Shown here: positions 8,672 through 16,898 of the stretch, one piece after another
How the letters are laid out: the number at the start of each line of letters is the position of its first letter
Numbering within the stretch: the stretch's first letter is position 1
Made by a program: the position numbers and the translations under genes
Source of the DNA: a virus
Taxonomy: Duplodnaviria > Caudoviricetes
Reading direction: 5' to 3' (one strand)
DNA length: 30,658 nucleotides
Virus record (IMG/VR): IMGVR_UViG_3300009069_000041
Coordinates: 1 to 30,658 of that record
Notes under the pieces: generated by a model
Seen by the model: the letters and a program-made list of their open reading frames with translations, nothing else
The model's database searches: none
What the model was told of the DNA's origin: nothing

Positions 8672-9868
8672 TTACGCGACGCGATCAAGGAGCTTCTTGG
8701 CTTCCTTTTCGAAGGCGGTGCGCTCATCGGCAAACGGGATGTCGCGCGCCACGGCAGTGATGCCGTTCACCACGTCCCAGATGCTTTCGACGCGCCGGTC
8801 TTCTTCGCGCTCGACGGCCTCGATGATCATGTCGGTGCGCTTGCGGGTAAATCCGCGCGCCATGATGAAATCGACGGCCTCCTGCTGCTCGCTGGCGATC
8901 CTGGCCGACTTGGCCTTGTTGACCCCCTCGATCAGCTTCATGGACGAGCCGTCAGCGAAGGAGGACAGCGCCGGGCGCGCTTCTTCGAGAAAGCGCGCCG
9001 GGGCGTACTTTGTGTGCCGCATCGAGATTTCCTCGAAGTTCTCGACACCCCACATGAGGCGATTGCAGCAAATGGCCCGCAGGTAGAACGCTGCGATGAC
9101 CAGTGGCGCGGAACCGACCTCGGAGTTCTTGACGTAGAACCCCCGGAACATGAGATCCGGGTCGCCATTGGCCGTCTTGCCAACCTCGATGGGGTTGAGA
9201 TCGTCCACGAGGAACATGAACACGTCGCGGTCGCTGGCGTAGAGCGTCGTCGTGTCCTTCGTGACCGGCGCGTGCGGATCATAGACCATGGTGCGCCAGT
9301 CCATCGTGCCGGGGATTTTCCAGCGCGTGTCACCTGTGCCGTTGCCAGCGATCTGCTGCACTGCCTCGACCACCTCGTGATCGTAGATGCGGCCATATTC
9401 AGGCCCCGTTGCGGCGCGCATTTCGCCGCCCGGGACGCCGAACAGCTTGATGTCGTTCACCCCGCGATTGAAGCGCATGCCGTAGGACATCGCATCAGCG
9501 ACGATTTGGCTTGGCAGCGTACGCAGGTAGCCAGCCGGGGCCTTGGCGAGCTGCGCCAGCTGGCCAAACGACCAGTGCGTCGGCGTTGACACGCTGCCGT
9601 CAGGCATTCCCAGCATCAGAGGGTGCGTGTCCTCGACCGTGCGGATTTCCTCGGGGGCGAAGAACTCGACGCGCTTGGCTTCGATGCGTTCCTCGTTGCA
9701 GGCAGCGGCGCGGGTCAACACTGATTGGCGCAGCTCGTCCAGCGAGGTGAAGCGCTCATCGTGGGGGCGCGCCATCCACTGCTTCTGCAGGTCGTTGCGC
9801 ATGGTGCCGCCAGTGATGTTGGCGACTTTGAATTTTCCATCGGAAATGGCTGCTGACGTGTTCATCAT
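8672..9868 (-). CDS. DUF932-family protein (398 aa)
   Basis: WMARPHDERFTSL, PTHWSFGQLA, LYASDRDVFMFLVD, RGFYVKNSEVG, ICCNRLMWG; GGAGAG RBS. Confidence 0.82.
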   Translation of the reverse strand: MMNTSAAISDGKFKVANITGGTMRNDLQKQWMARPHDERFTSLDELRQSVLTRAAACNEERIEAKRVEFFAPEEIRTVEDTHPLMLGMPDGSVSTPTHWSFGQLAQLAKAPAGYLRTLPSQIVADAMSYGMRFNRGVNDIKLFGVPGGEMRAATGPEYGRIYDHEVVEAVQQIAGNGTGDTRWKIPGTMDWRTMVYDPHAPVTKDTTTLYASDRDVFMFLVDDLNPIEVGKTANGDPDLMFRGFYVKNSEVGSAPLVIAAFYLRAICCNRLMWGVENFEEISMRHTKYAPARFLEEARPALSSFADGSSMKLIEGVNKAKSARIASEQQEAVDFIMARGFTRKRTDMIIEAVEREEDRRVESIWDVVNGITAVARDIPFADERTAFEKEAKKLLDRVA

Positions 9869-9943
9869 GAAGGCTCTCCATACAGGGCGGGCTTGCCCAT
9901 ACGTCATAGGAAAGCGGAAAGTGATGGGTCTTGCAAGCCATAA

Positions 9944-9959
9944 TCCAACATATGATGGA
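9944..9959. promoter_or_regulatory. Near-perfect 16-bp palindrome, candidate operator of the leftward early promoter
   Basis: TCCAACATATGATGGA (one mismatched pair) in AT-rich intergenic DNA. Confidence 0.55.
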
Positions 9960-10109
9960 AAATATTTTCGGTGGAAAAGGTGTCCCGATGATGGAAATAC
10001 GCCCTTGACAGGCGCAATCAGGATAACCCCTTATACCCCGCAGGGGTCTCGCGCGGAAACAGTAACAGGTAAACGGATCAGAACAGGGCTCGCGGGGTAT
10101 GAAGGGAAA

Positions 10110-10146
10110 GGGGGATGACAGGGGCCTGAAGCCCCAGTCATCCCCC
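10110..10146 (-). terminator. Long hairpin downstream of the repressor gene, probable terminator
   Basis: GGGGGATGAC-A-GGGGC / GCCCC-A-GTCATCCCCC; followed on the minus strand by TTTCCCTT (weak U tract). Confidence 0.55.
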
Positions 10147-10190
10147 CTGCGTACCCACTTGAATTATCTGGTGTATACGCGCGCGCGGGC

Positions 10191-10808
10191 CTACGCGAAG
10201 ACCTTGATCGCCTTGACGACGACGCTCTTGATGGTCTCCCCCGGCGCATCGGTGCGATCAAGCGCAATGCCGCTTTCCGTCAGGAAAACCTTGTTGAGCC
10301 GCGTCATCACCAGCTCGTCCCGGCTGACCTCCGTGACGACGATCATCCCGTCGCGCAAGCCGCCGTACTTCTCCCGGTATGTCGCCAGCGGCACGACGAT
10401 CAGGTAGCTGCCCTGGGCGATCTCGTAGTCGCGCCCGCAAGCGCCGCTGACCCGCATGGCCTCCATATCGCCGGTCTGGTAGCGCCGATCCGGGTAGATC
10501 GGAATATCCAGAGCCGGCATGGGCTCTGCGCCCGGCTGACGGTAAACGCCATCAGCAACGATGCCGGTAAACGGCAGCGTGCTGTTGCGCGTCGGCGGCG
10601 CGCCAGTCGCGGCCGCCCTGCCGGTCAGGTACTCGGGGGAGCATTCCAGTGCACGCGCGAGCTTCTCGAGGTTGGCGCCGCGAACGCCCCTCTTTCGCTC
10701 GTGAAGAATGTCGATCAGGAACGTGCGCTCAAGGCCGCCGCGACGCGCGGCCTCCGATGGCGTGATCGACAGCTCGTCCAGGCGAGCTGCTACGCGATCT
10801 TTCAACAT
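10191..10808 (-). CDS. CI-like phage repressor (XRE HTH plus degenerate S24-like C-domain)
   Basis: PSEAARRGGLERTFLIDIL...NLEKLARALECSPEYL; divergent from the rightward operon. Confidence 0.82.
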   Translation of the reverse strand: MLKDRVAARLDELSITPSEAARRGGLERTFLIDILHERKRGVRGANLEKLARALECSPEYLTGRAAATGAPPTRNSTLPFTGIVADGVYRQPGAEPMPALDIPIYPDRRYQTGDMEAMRVSGACGRDYEIAQGSYLIVVPLATYREKYGGLRDGMIVVTEVSRDELVMTRLNKVFLTESGIALDRTDAPGETIKSVVVKAIKVFA

Positions 10809-10893
10809 GGTCTCCAGCCTTCAATTTACGCTCTGGCGTGAGCGGGGCACCTATCTAGCATGAAAATCGTGTAACTTTCCACAGGGCCAGCCC

Positions 10894-10922
10894 TTGACCT
10901 TTCCAAGCGCTTGCGGGCCAAT
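10894..10922 (+). promoter_or_regulatory. Candidate rightward early promoter
   Basis: TTGACC-N17-GCCAAT, with the perfect palindrome CAAGCGCTTG (10904-10913) in the spacer. Confidence 0.45.
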
Positions 10923-11006
10923 CATGTCCACTTGCATGTTGGAATTTCGATGGACATACTGACAGCGGTCGGTTTATCCATCACCAATCCAGCACAGGAG
11001 GTCGTC

Positions 11007-11360
11007 ATGAGCGCCGTCACCAAGGAAGATCTGCAAAAGGCCATCAAGGAGGCGATCCGCCTCAAGGGCCTTGCGAGCGAATATCAGGGAAACCATGGCA
11101 AGCATGTCTCGAACGTGGTCGAGCGGCACGGCATGGAGAAAACCGCGTTTACCTTCTCGCGCCGGCTGGTCGAGATGGAAGAGGGCAAGCGCCAGGCCAT
11201 CGTGCGCGCCTGCCTCGATTACTGGAACAAGCTGGGCTTCTTCGATCAGGTCGATGCGTTCGATGATCTGGTCGACACGATCAACGAAATCCGCGAAAAG
11301 GCGCTACAGGATGCTCCTGCTGGCGGCGACGAAACGCTGGACAGCTTGAGCGCCGCTTAA
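11007..11360 (+). CDS. GapR/DUF2312-like DNA-binding protein (117 aa, divergent)
   Basis: AGGAGG RBS; helical pattern ...HGMEKTAF..SRRLVEMEEGKRQ..VRACLDYWNKLG resembles GapR. Confidence 0.6.
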   Translation: MSAVTKEDLQKAIKEAIRLKGLASEYQGNHGKHVSNVVERHGMEKTAFTFSRRLVEMEEGKRQAIVRACLDYWNKLGFFDQVDAFDDLVDTINEIREKALQDAPAGGDETLDSLSAA

Positions 11361-11386
11361 CGCTCGATAGCTGCCGAGGATCAACC

Positions 11387-11668
11387 ATGGCTGTATTTGC
11401 GGTCACTACGACCATCCCCACCGAACGAGGCTTTGTCTGGTTCCCGTTCGAAACCGAACTGGAAACGCTTGAGGACCTTCGCCGCGTGCTGATCCGCGAC
11501 CGCGTCGTGATCGGCATCAAATACCAGACCGGCAACAGGAACCGCCAGTCTGTGAAGGTCATCAAGAAGCAGCAGATCCTGCTCGGTATCGGGATGGTCG
11601 GAACGATCGCGCCGATGCACATCGAGCTTGATGATGACGAAAATGGGAGCGCCGATCCTCGCAATTGA
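11387..11668 (+). CDS. Hypothetical protein
   Basis: 93 aa, GAGGA RBS. Confidence 0.75.
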   Translation: MAVFAVTTTIPTERGFVWFPFETELETLEDLRRVLIRDRVVIGIKYQTGNRNRQSVKVIKKQQILLGIGMVGTIAPMHIELDDDENGSADPRN

Positions 11669-12206
11669 CATCGCGAGCGAGTTCGGCTGGGCCGAGGGGC
11701 CCATAGGCGGGCAACCGCTGTCAGGGACCGCGCGCTTCGCCCCGAAAGGGGCGTCGCGCGCCGCAGTATTCGCTGCCGCGATCCAGTGGGCGGCTGACCG
11801 CTTGGCGGTCTCGCGCCCCAAGGCGATCTGGATGGAGGTGCCAAGCCTGCACTCCATCGCCAAGGGCAAATCCTCGACCGACGTGATGCGCATGCTGCTC
11901 GGGCTGCCCGCGATCATCGAGGGCGTCGCGCACCGGCGCGGGGTCTACACCGTCAGGACATGCAGCGCCGCTGACGTGCGGCACTATTTCATTGGCCAGC
12001 GCAGCCTGAAAGGCGAGGTCGCCAAGCCGCTCGTGCAGCAGCGGTGCGACGCGCTGGGCTGGCCGTACCCCGATCACAATGCGGCCGATGCCCTGGCGCT
12101 GTGGGCCTATGCCTGCGAGCAGGAGCTTCCGGGCTCCATGCCGGCGCTCCTGCCGCTCTGGACAGGGAGGTCGGTGCAATGGCCGGTCAAGCAGCGCAGG
12201 GGCTGA
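11628..12206 (+). CDS. RuvC-like Holliday junction resolvase (start may be 11643)
   Basis: ILAIDIASEFGWA (D), WMEVP (E), DHNAADALALW (D..D). Confidence 0.85.
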   Translation: MMMTKMGAPILAIDIASEFGWAEGPIGGQPLSGTARFAPKGASRAAVFAAAIQWAADRLAVSRPKAIWMEVPSLHSIAKGKSSTDVMRMLLGLPAIIEGVAHRRGVYTVRTCSAADVRHYFIGQRSLKGEVAKPLVQQRCDALGWPYPDHNAADALALWAYACEQELPGSMPALLPLWTGRSVQWPVKQRRG

Positions 12207-12556
12207 CCAAGACGGGTATGCGCAAGAGCCGCTGGCCACGCGGGCGGCTGCGCGTCGATCTTGATCAGAACCTGATCATGCGCGGTCACGTCATCAAGGT
12301 CGTGCAGCCGCGCATGGCGGAGGTCATGTCCGTCCTCTCCGAGAACGAGGGGAGCCGCATCGTTGCGCGGCGGCTGGCCACCAAGGTCTATGGCGCGCGC
12401 CTGCCCGAATACTGGCCGCGCGCGATCAGCACGCTGATTACCAGACTGCGCAAGGTCATCGAGCCCATGGGCTACGAGATCGAGAGCATGCGCGCGCTGA
12501 ACGGCGCCGGCAGTGGCCCGTCCTACCGATTGCTGCGCAGGGAGGAAGAGCCGTGA
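12179..12556 (+). CDS. Stand-alone OmpR/PhoB-type winged-helix protein (125 aa)
   Basis: GGGAGG RBS; LATKVYG...AISTLITRLRKVIEPMGYEIES...SYRL; no receiver domain. Confidence 0.75.
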   Translation: MAGQAAQGLTKTGMRKSRWPRGRLRVDLDQNLIMRGHVIKVVQPRMAEVMSVLSENEGSRIVARRLATKVYGARLPEYWPRAISTLITRLRKVIEPMGYEIESMRALNGAGSGPSYRLLRREEEP

Positions 12557-12822
12557 GCCAGCTTCCGAAGCTCTACGATGCCGTGCGCGAGTGCGAACTG
12601 GCGGCGCAGGACATTCGCCAGCGTGAGCGCGATGCGCGCCGCATGGCGCAGCGCGCTCTGCCGAACGCGAGACTGGAAGGAGAACCCGACCCGACAATGG
12701 AATATCGCGCCAATGCGATGGAACTGGCGGCGCGCGTGCTGCGCGCCGTCATGCGTCACGAAGGCGAGGCGCGCGACCTGATCAAGCGCCTCGATGCCGA
12801 GAAACGACAGGCGGCTGGATGA
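12553..12822 (+). CDS. Hypothetical protein
   Basis: 89 aa, GTGA overlap, GGAGG RBS. Confidence 0.7.
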   Translation: MSQLPKLYDAVRECELAAQDIRQRERDARRMAQRALPNARLEGEPDPTMEYRANAMELAARVLRAVMRHEGEARDLIKRLDAEKRQAAG

Positions 12823-13100
12823 TGAATGATCAAATCGACGTGCAGGAGAAGGACCCTGCTCAAATCCCGACCCGCCCCGAGATGGGGGATTTCGCCGGTA
12901 TGGCGCAGTTCGTGCATGAATGCGCCGGGCTGGTCAAGGTCCATGCCGAGCTGGCGCAGCAATATGCCGAGATCGGCGATCCGGTCGGGCTGACCTACGC
13001 GACGCGCTGCCTCGTGGCCTATACCAAGGCTGTAGGCTCGACCGTGAAGGTGATGAACGAAACCCGCAAGCGCAGAGAGATGCGCGATGAGCGGAGTTGA
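12819..13100 (+). CDS. Hypothetical protein
   Basis: 93 aa, ATGA overlap. Confidence 0.7.
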   Translation: MMNDQIDVQEKDPAQIPTRPEMGDFAGMAQFVHECAGLVKVHAELAQQYAEIGDPVGLTYATRCLVAYTKAVGSTVKVMNETRKRREMRDERS

Positions 13101-14772
13101 CGACGACAGCCTGGGCCAGCTGGACGATTTGAGCGACGCGCTGGGCGCAGACAGCGCCCCCGTTCCGCCCGTGGCCCGCATCTATGCCGGCGACGTGATT
13201 GACGAGACCGTGGGCGCGGGCTCGCTGATCTTCATCGTGCCGTCCGAGGACGTCGCGGAGGCTTTCAACGCATGGGGAGCGCCAGCGACCTGCCCAATTG
13301 GCGGGGTAAGCCGATGGGAGAGCGCACATTCCGAGCGCCTGCGCGACGCCGACATCGTTCTGGCGCTGTCGGAGAGCGATGCGCTGAAGGTCAGCCAGTC
13401 GCTTAAGGGGATCGCCAAGCGCGTGCGGCAGCTTCGGCTGCCGGCGCGCGCGCTGAACGGCGGGGTCAATGACTTCATCGCGGAGCGGGGTGGTCTCGAG
13501 GCGCTTTACGACATGGCGCAGCGCGCGCCCGCAGCTGGGTTCCAGTCGAAATTCAAGGCGCGTCTGTGGCGCGACCTTGGCAAGCCGACCGAGCCCTACG
13601 ACTGGCTCGTGAAGCCGCTGATCGCGCGCGGCGAGGTCAGCGTCGTGGCTGGCCCGTCAGGCTCGGGAAAATCGTTCCTGATCACCGATCTGGCGCTGGC
13701 CATTGCGCGCGGCAAGCCGTTCATGGGGATACACCGCGTCAAGCCGGGCGGCGTCATCTATCAGGCGGGCGAGGGCAAGAAAGGCCTGCTGACAAAGCGC
13801 CTGCCGGCATACATGCAATGGAACGGCCTGCGCTGGGAAGACGACCTGCCTTTCGCCGTGCTTCCCGCCGAGCTCGACCTGTTCCATGGCGACGACATGA
13901 CAACGGCGTTCATCGCGGAGTGCAAGGCGCTGGCCTCGATGATGGACCATCCGCTGGAGCTGATCGTCATCGACACGCTGGCGGCGGCGATCAGCGGCGC
14001 GGACGAGAACTCATCCAAGGATGTCGGGCCGGTCATTACCCGCTGCAACCGCATCCAGCAGGAGACCGGCGCAGCGGTCATCCTCGTGCATCACATGAAC
14101 GCCGACGGCTCGAAGATCCGGGGCTGGACGGGCTGGCAAGCCAACGTCGATGGCGTGCTGATCTGCTCGAAGCAGGAAGACATGCACGACGATGACGGGC
14201 GCATGATCCGCGAGCTGCGCATCGGCAAGGCCAAGGAGGGCGACGACAATTTCAAGCTCCGCTACGTGCTGGGCGTCGTCACCATTGGCAAGGACGAGGA
14301 CGGCGACCCGCTGACCTCGTGCGTCATCGACGAGCCCAAGGGCGGGCGCAGCGGCTCCGTGACGCGCAACACCATCCGCCTGACCGACCGCGAGCGCGAG
14401 TTCCTGGACGCGATCGAGTGGTGCTTGGCCGAGTACGGGATCAAGGCCGGGGAGGCTGGCCTGAAAATCGCCAGGACGGTTGATGTCGTCAAGCATGGCT
14501 ATGTGAAGCAGCGCTTTGCCGAGAAAACCTTCGCCGTCGATCCCGATGACAGCGACAAGGTGCAGAACAACCGCATCGATCAGGCGATCAAGCGCGCCGG
14601 CGCGTCGCTGGTCAAGCTCGGTCTGATTGATCGCGAGGGCAAGTATTACTGGCGCACCGACAAGCGCCTGACCGAGTGGACCGAAGAACCTGACAAGAAA
14701 AATGACACGCAGCCAGATGCGGCAAACCCCAATCCCGCAACCGATCCCGACGATGAGGTGCCCCTATGGTGA
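13087..14772 (+). CDS. RecA-fold (AAA_25/RepA-like) helicase with degenerate N-terminal TOPRIM-like domain
   Basis: Walker A GPSGSGKS, Walker B LIVIDT, ILVHH and IRG motifs. Confidence 0.88.
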   Translation: MSGVDDDSLGQLDDLSDALGADSAPVPPVARIYAGDVIDETVGAGSLIFIVPSEDVAEAFNAWGAPATCPIGGVSRWESAHSERLRDADIVLALSESDALKVSQSLKGIAKRVRQLRLPARALNGGVNDFIAERGGLEALYDMAQRAPAAGFQSKFKARLWRDLGKPTEPYDWLVKPLIARGEVSVVAGPSGSGKSFLITDLALAIARGKPFMGIHRVKPGGVIYQAGEGKKGLLTKRLPAYMQWNGLRWEDDLPFAVLPAELDLFHGDDMTTAFIAECKALASMMDHPLELIVIDTLAAAISGADENSSKDVGPVITRCNRIQQETGAAVILVHHMNADGSKIRGWTGWQANVDGVLICSKQEDMHDDDGRMIRELRIGKAKEGDDNFKLRYVLGVVTIGKDEDGDPLTSCVIDEPKGGRSGSVTRNTIRLTDREREFLDAIEWCLAEYGIKAGEAGLKIARTVDVVKHGYVKQRFAEKTFAVDPDDSDKVQNNRIDQAIKRAGASLVKLGLIDREGKYYWRTDKRLTEWTEEPDKKNDTQPDAANPNPATDPDDEVPLW

Positions 14773-14861
14773 GGAAATCTGACATCTACCTGACTGTCAT
14801 TTTCGCGCTGACGCTGACAGTCGCGGTCCAAATGGTCGCGCGAGGCCTGTCATGCGGCTGA
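14766..14861 (+). CDS. Small membrane peptide (31 aa), not in the ORF track
   Basis: MVRKSDIYLTVIFALTLTVAVQMVARGLSCG; GAGGTG RBS; bridges both neighbours. Confidence 0.5.
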   Translation: MVRKSDIYLTVIFALTLTVAVQMVARGLSCG

Positions 14862-15433
14862 CCGTCAGCGAGCTGCCCAAGGTCGTCATGCAGGATCCGA
14901 TCGCGCGCGCATGGGCGCAGGCCTATGAGGCCGCGCCCGATGCGTGCCTGTGGACGGCGGAAGACGTCGATGCACGCATGGCCGATGCCATGCGGCTGTT
15001 ATCATCGACAGTGGGGCGCGTCGGGCCGAAGCGCGAGGGCACCGGCATGCCAGCGTACCGGCACGAGGCTTTGGACATCTGGTTTCAGCAGCTTGCCGAG
15101 GATGCGGAGCAGCGTCGAGGCGAGAAGAACCGCGTCAAGCTGCGCCCCGGCGCCGACGAGATCAGCATGATGGAGCAGGCAATCAGCTGGCAGGCGCGAT
15201 ACCTGGACCAGCACGCGGGCGTGCGCCGCGTTTACAAGACGTGGCTGTATGCCAAGGCGACGCGGCGTCGCTTTGCGCGCGTCTGCAACAAGATCGGCTG
15301 GGCGCGATCGACAGCCAACCGCCGCCGCTGGCAGGGCGCTCTGCTGATCGCGACCGGCCTGATGCGCGATGAAATCCCCTTGCAGCTGCCGCTGCATTTC
15401 GAGGACATGGAGGACGACGATGGAATGGACTGA
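14852..15433 (+). CDS. DUF6362-like protein, putative late-gene regulator/antiterminator
   Basis: WTAEDVDARMADAMRLL, RPGADEISMMEQAISW, C-terminal HTH; located where lambda has Q. Confidence 0.65.
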   Translation: MRLTVSELPKVVMQDPIARAWAQAYEAAPDACLWTAEDVDARMADAMRLLSSTVGRVGPKREGTGMPAYRHEALDIWFQQLAEDAEQRRGEKNRVKLRPGADEISMMEQAISWQARYLDQHAGVRRVYKTWLYAKATRRRFARVCNKIGWARSTANRRRWQGALLIATGLMRDEIPLQLPLHFEDMEDDDGMD

Positions 15434-16055
15434 CAAGCAGGTCGAGTACCTGCTTCGGCGCTGGCGCGAGGGTGCCAGCGCTGGCGTAATTGCTGACGAG
15501 CTGAAGGTTTCGAGGAACGCGGTCATCGGGCAGGTGCACCGGCTGCGCAAGCGCTATGGTCCGGAGGTCGTCGAGCATCGCGTACCCCAGCGCGGAAATC
15601 GGGGCTTACAAGTGGCGCGTGAGCCCGAGAGTGCACCCAGCCCTCCCGCTGACACCAGCCAGCAGCAAGATGCGGCCAGCGCGCCCCGCAGCGCCCCGCA
15701 GCCAAAGCCAGCGCAAGAGCCGGAAAAGCAGCGCGCTGCGCAGCGCGCCCCGGATCGGAAGCCACTGCGCAAGCGAGCCGCGCTCGCTGCGCTGCCCGAT
15801 CCCGTGCATGTCACTGTCGCCATGCCGCCGCGCGCGCTGATCAATCTGGGAAAGGGGCAGTGCCGCAACCCGGTCGGGGAGGTTCCGGGCCACCCTGGCC
15901 GGCACGTCTTCTGCGCCGAGCCCGTGTTCGAGAATACGCCATACTGCGCGGCATGCGCGCTGGTCGTGTTCTCGCAGATGTGGTGGGATCAGAACGAGAA
16001 GCGCCGAAAGCGGGCGCAGGAGCTGGCCGGGGTCGTTCCCGAGGCCGCCGAGTGA
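15420..16055 (+). CDS. gcrA: GcrA-family cell-cycle regulator (211 aa)
   Basis: MEWTDKQVEYL..W.EGASAGVIADEL.VSRNAVIGQVHRL; Pro/Ala linker; C-terminal CRNPVG...FC...PYC. Confidence 0.9.
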   Translation: MEWTDKQVEYLLRRWREGASAGVIADELKVSRNAVIGQVHRLRKRYGPEVVEHRVPQRGNRGLQVAREPESAPSPPADTSQQQDAASAPRSAPQPKPAQEPEKQRAAQRAPDRKPLRKRAALAALPDPVHVTVAMPPRALINLGKGQCRNPVGEVPGHPGRHVFCAEPVFENTPYCAACALVVFSQMWWDQNEKRRKRAQELAGVVPEAAE

Positions 16056-16087
16056 AGCCCCGGCCAAGTGCCGGGGCTTCTGCTTTC
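16054..16087. terminator. Hairpin terminator between convergent operons
   Basis: GAAGCCCCGGC-CAAGT-GCCGGGGCTTC (11-bp stem), then TGCTTT. Confidence 0.75.
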
Positions 16088-16367
16088 AGGGGTGCTGATC
16101 AGTCTCGGTCAGCTCGTCCTCGCTGACGAACGTGGGCTCAAGCCCGAGCGCGCGCGCCAAGCGCGCCGGGCGGCAGTCGGGGCGGGCGTCATAGTCGCCC
16201 CGGCACTGGACGCTGCGCCCGGCCAGGGTTGCCTTGTGGCACACGAACCAGTCGTCATCCTTGCGCACGCCGGTCAGGATTTCGCGCCGGCGCTCGTCGC
16301 TGACGATCTTGTCTTTCCCATACAGGCACTCGCTGCACCGCTGCGCCATGACCTCATAGCCGCTCAT
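16086..16367 (-). CDS. Small Cys/His-rich putative Zn-binding protein
   Basis: CSEC...FVCHK...QCRG; 93 aa. Confidence 0.75.
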   Translation of the reverse strand: MSGYEVMAQRCSECLYGKDKIVSDERRREILTGVRKDDDWFVCHKATLAGRSVQCRGDYDARPDCRPARLARALGLEPTFVSEDELTETDQHP

Positions 16368-16569
16368 TGGTCTTCACCAGCTTTTCCCAGCTGCGACCAG
16401 CGAGCAGGGCTCGGGCTGCCACATCGCGGGGCACAGGAATGTCGATATGGATGCACGCCGCAGGAAGCACGCATGCAGCGCGGTTCTGTTGAACGACCAA
16501 AACGCTGCCCGATGGCAAGTGATACCGGCGCAGCGTGTTTCCGTTGTAGCGGTCAATGCGCATCACCAT
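16354..16569 (-). CDS. Hypothetical protein (71 aa)
   Basis: GGGAGAG RBS before MVMRID; overlaps both neighbours. Confidence 0.6.
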   Translation of the reverse strand: MVMRIDRYNGNTLRRYHLPSGSVLVVQQNRAACVLPAACIHIDIPVPRDVAARALLAGRSWEKLVKTNERL

Positions 16570-16898
16570 GCTCTCCCATAGACGATGTCGCGCATTTCGC
16601 GGCACCAGCGGTCGCGCGCGGCATGCGTTGGCATCTCGGTCCGCAGACTGGTTTCAACCCACACGGCTCGGGCCGAGATCCGGGGGATGGCCTCGTCGAT
16701 GGTCAGGCCAAGTTGACCTGCCGCGTTGGTCACGGCCAAGCGAAGCATGTCGTCGTGAAATACTGGCCCGCAGACTTCGTTTGTTGCCAGCATGCCGGCT
16801 GCATGATCGAGATAGCTGTCGTCGCGCAAGTCGAGCCCCAGCGCGGGGCTCGACATGGCGCATATGACAGCGGCGGCTTTCATGGTTTTCATCATCAT
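16563..16898 (-). CDS. Putative exported protein (111 aa)
   Basis: Signal-peptide-like MKTMKAAAVICAMSSPALG; two Cys in the mature part; ATGA overlap. Confidence 0.7.
   Translation of the reverse strand: MMMKTMKAAAVICAMSSPALGLDLRDDSYLDHAAGMLATNEVCGPVFHDDMLRLAVTNAAGQLGLTIDEAIPRISARAVWVETSLRTEMPTHAARDRWCREMRDIVYGRAW

Noticed and set aside
2514-9589. Long + strand ORFs (2514..3722, 4466..5482, 7329..8507, 8351..9589)
   Set aside because: Antisense shadows of well-supported minus-strand genes in GC-rich DNA; no motifs or RBS
14766-14861. Holin/lysis cassette
   Set aside because: Single short TM peptide with no endolysin or spanin in the window
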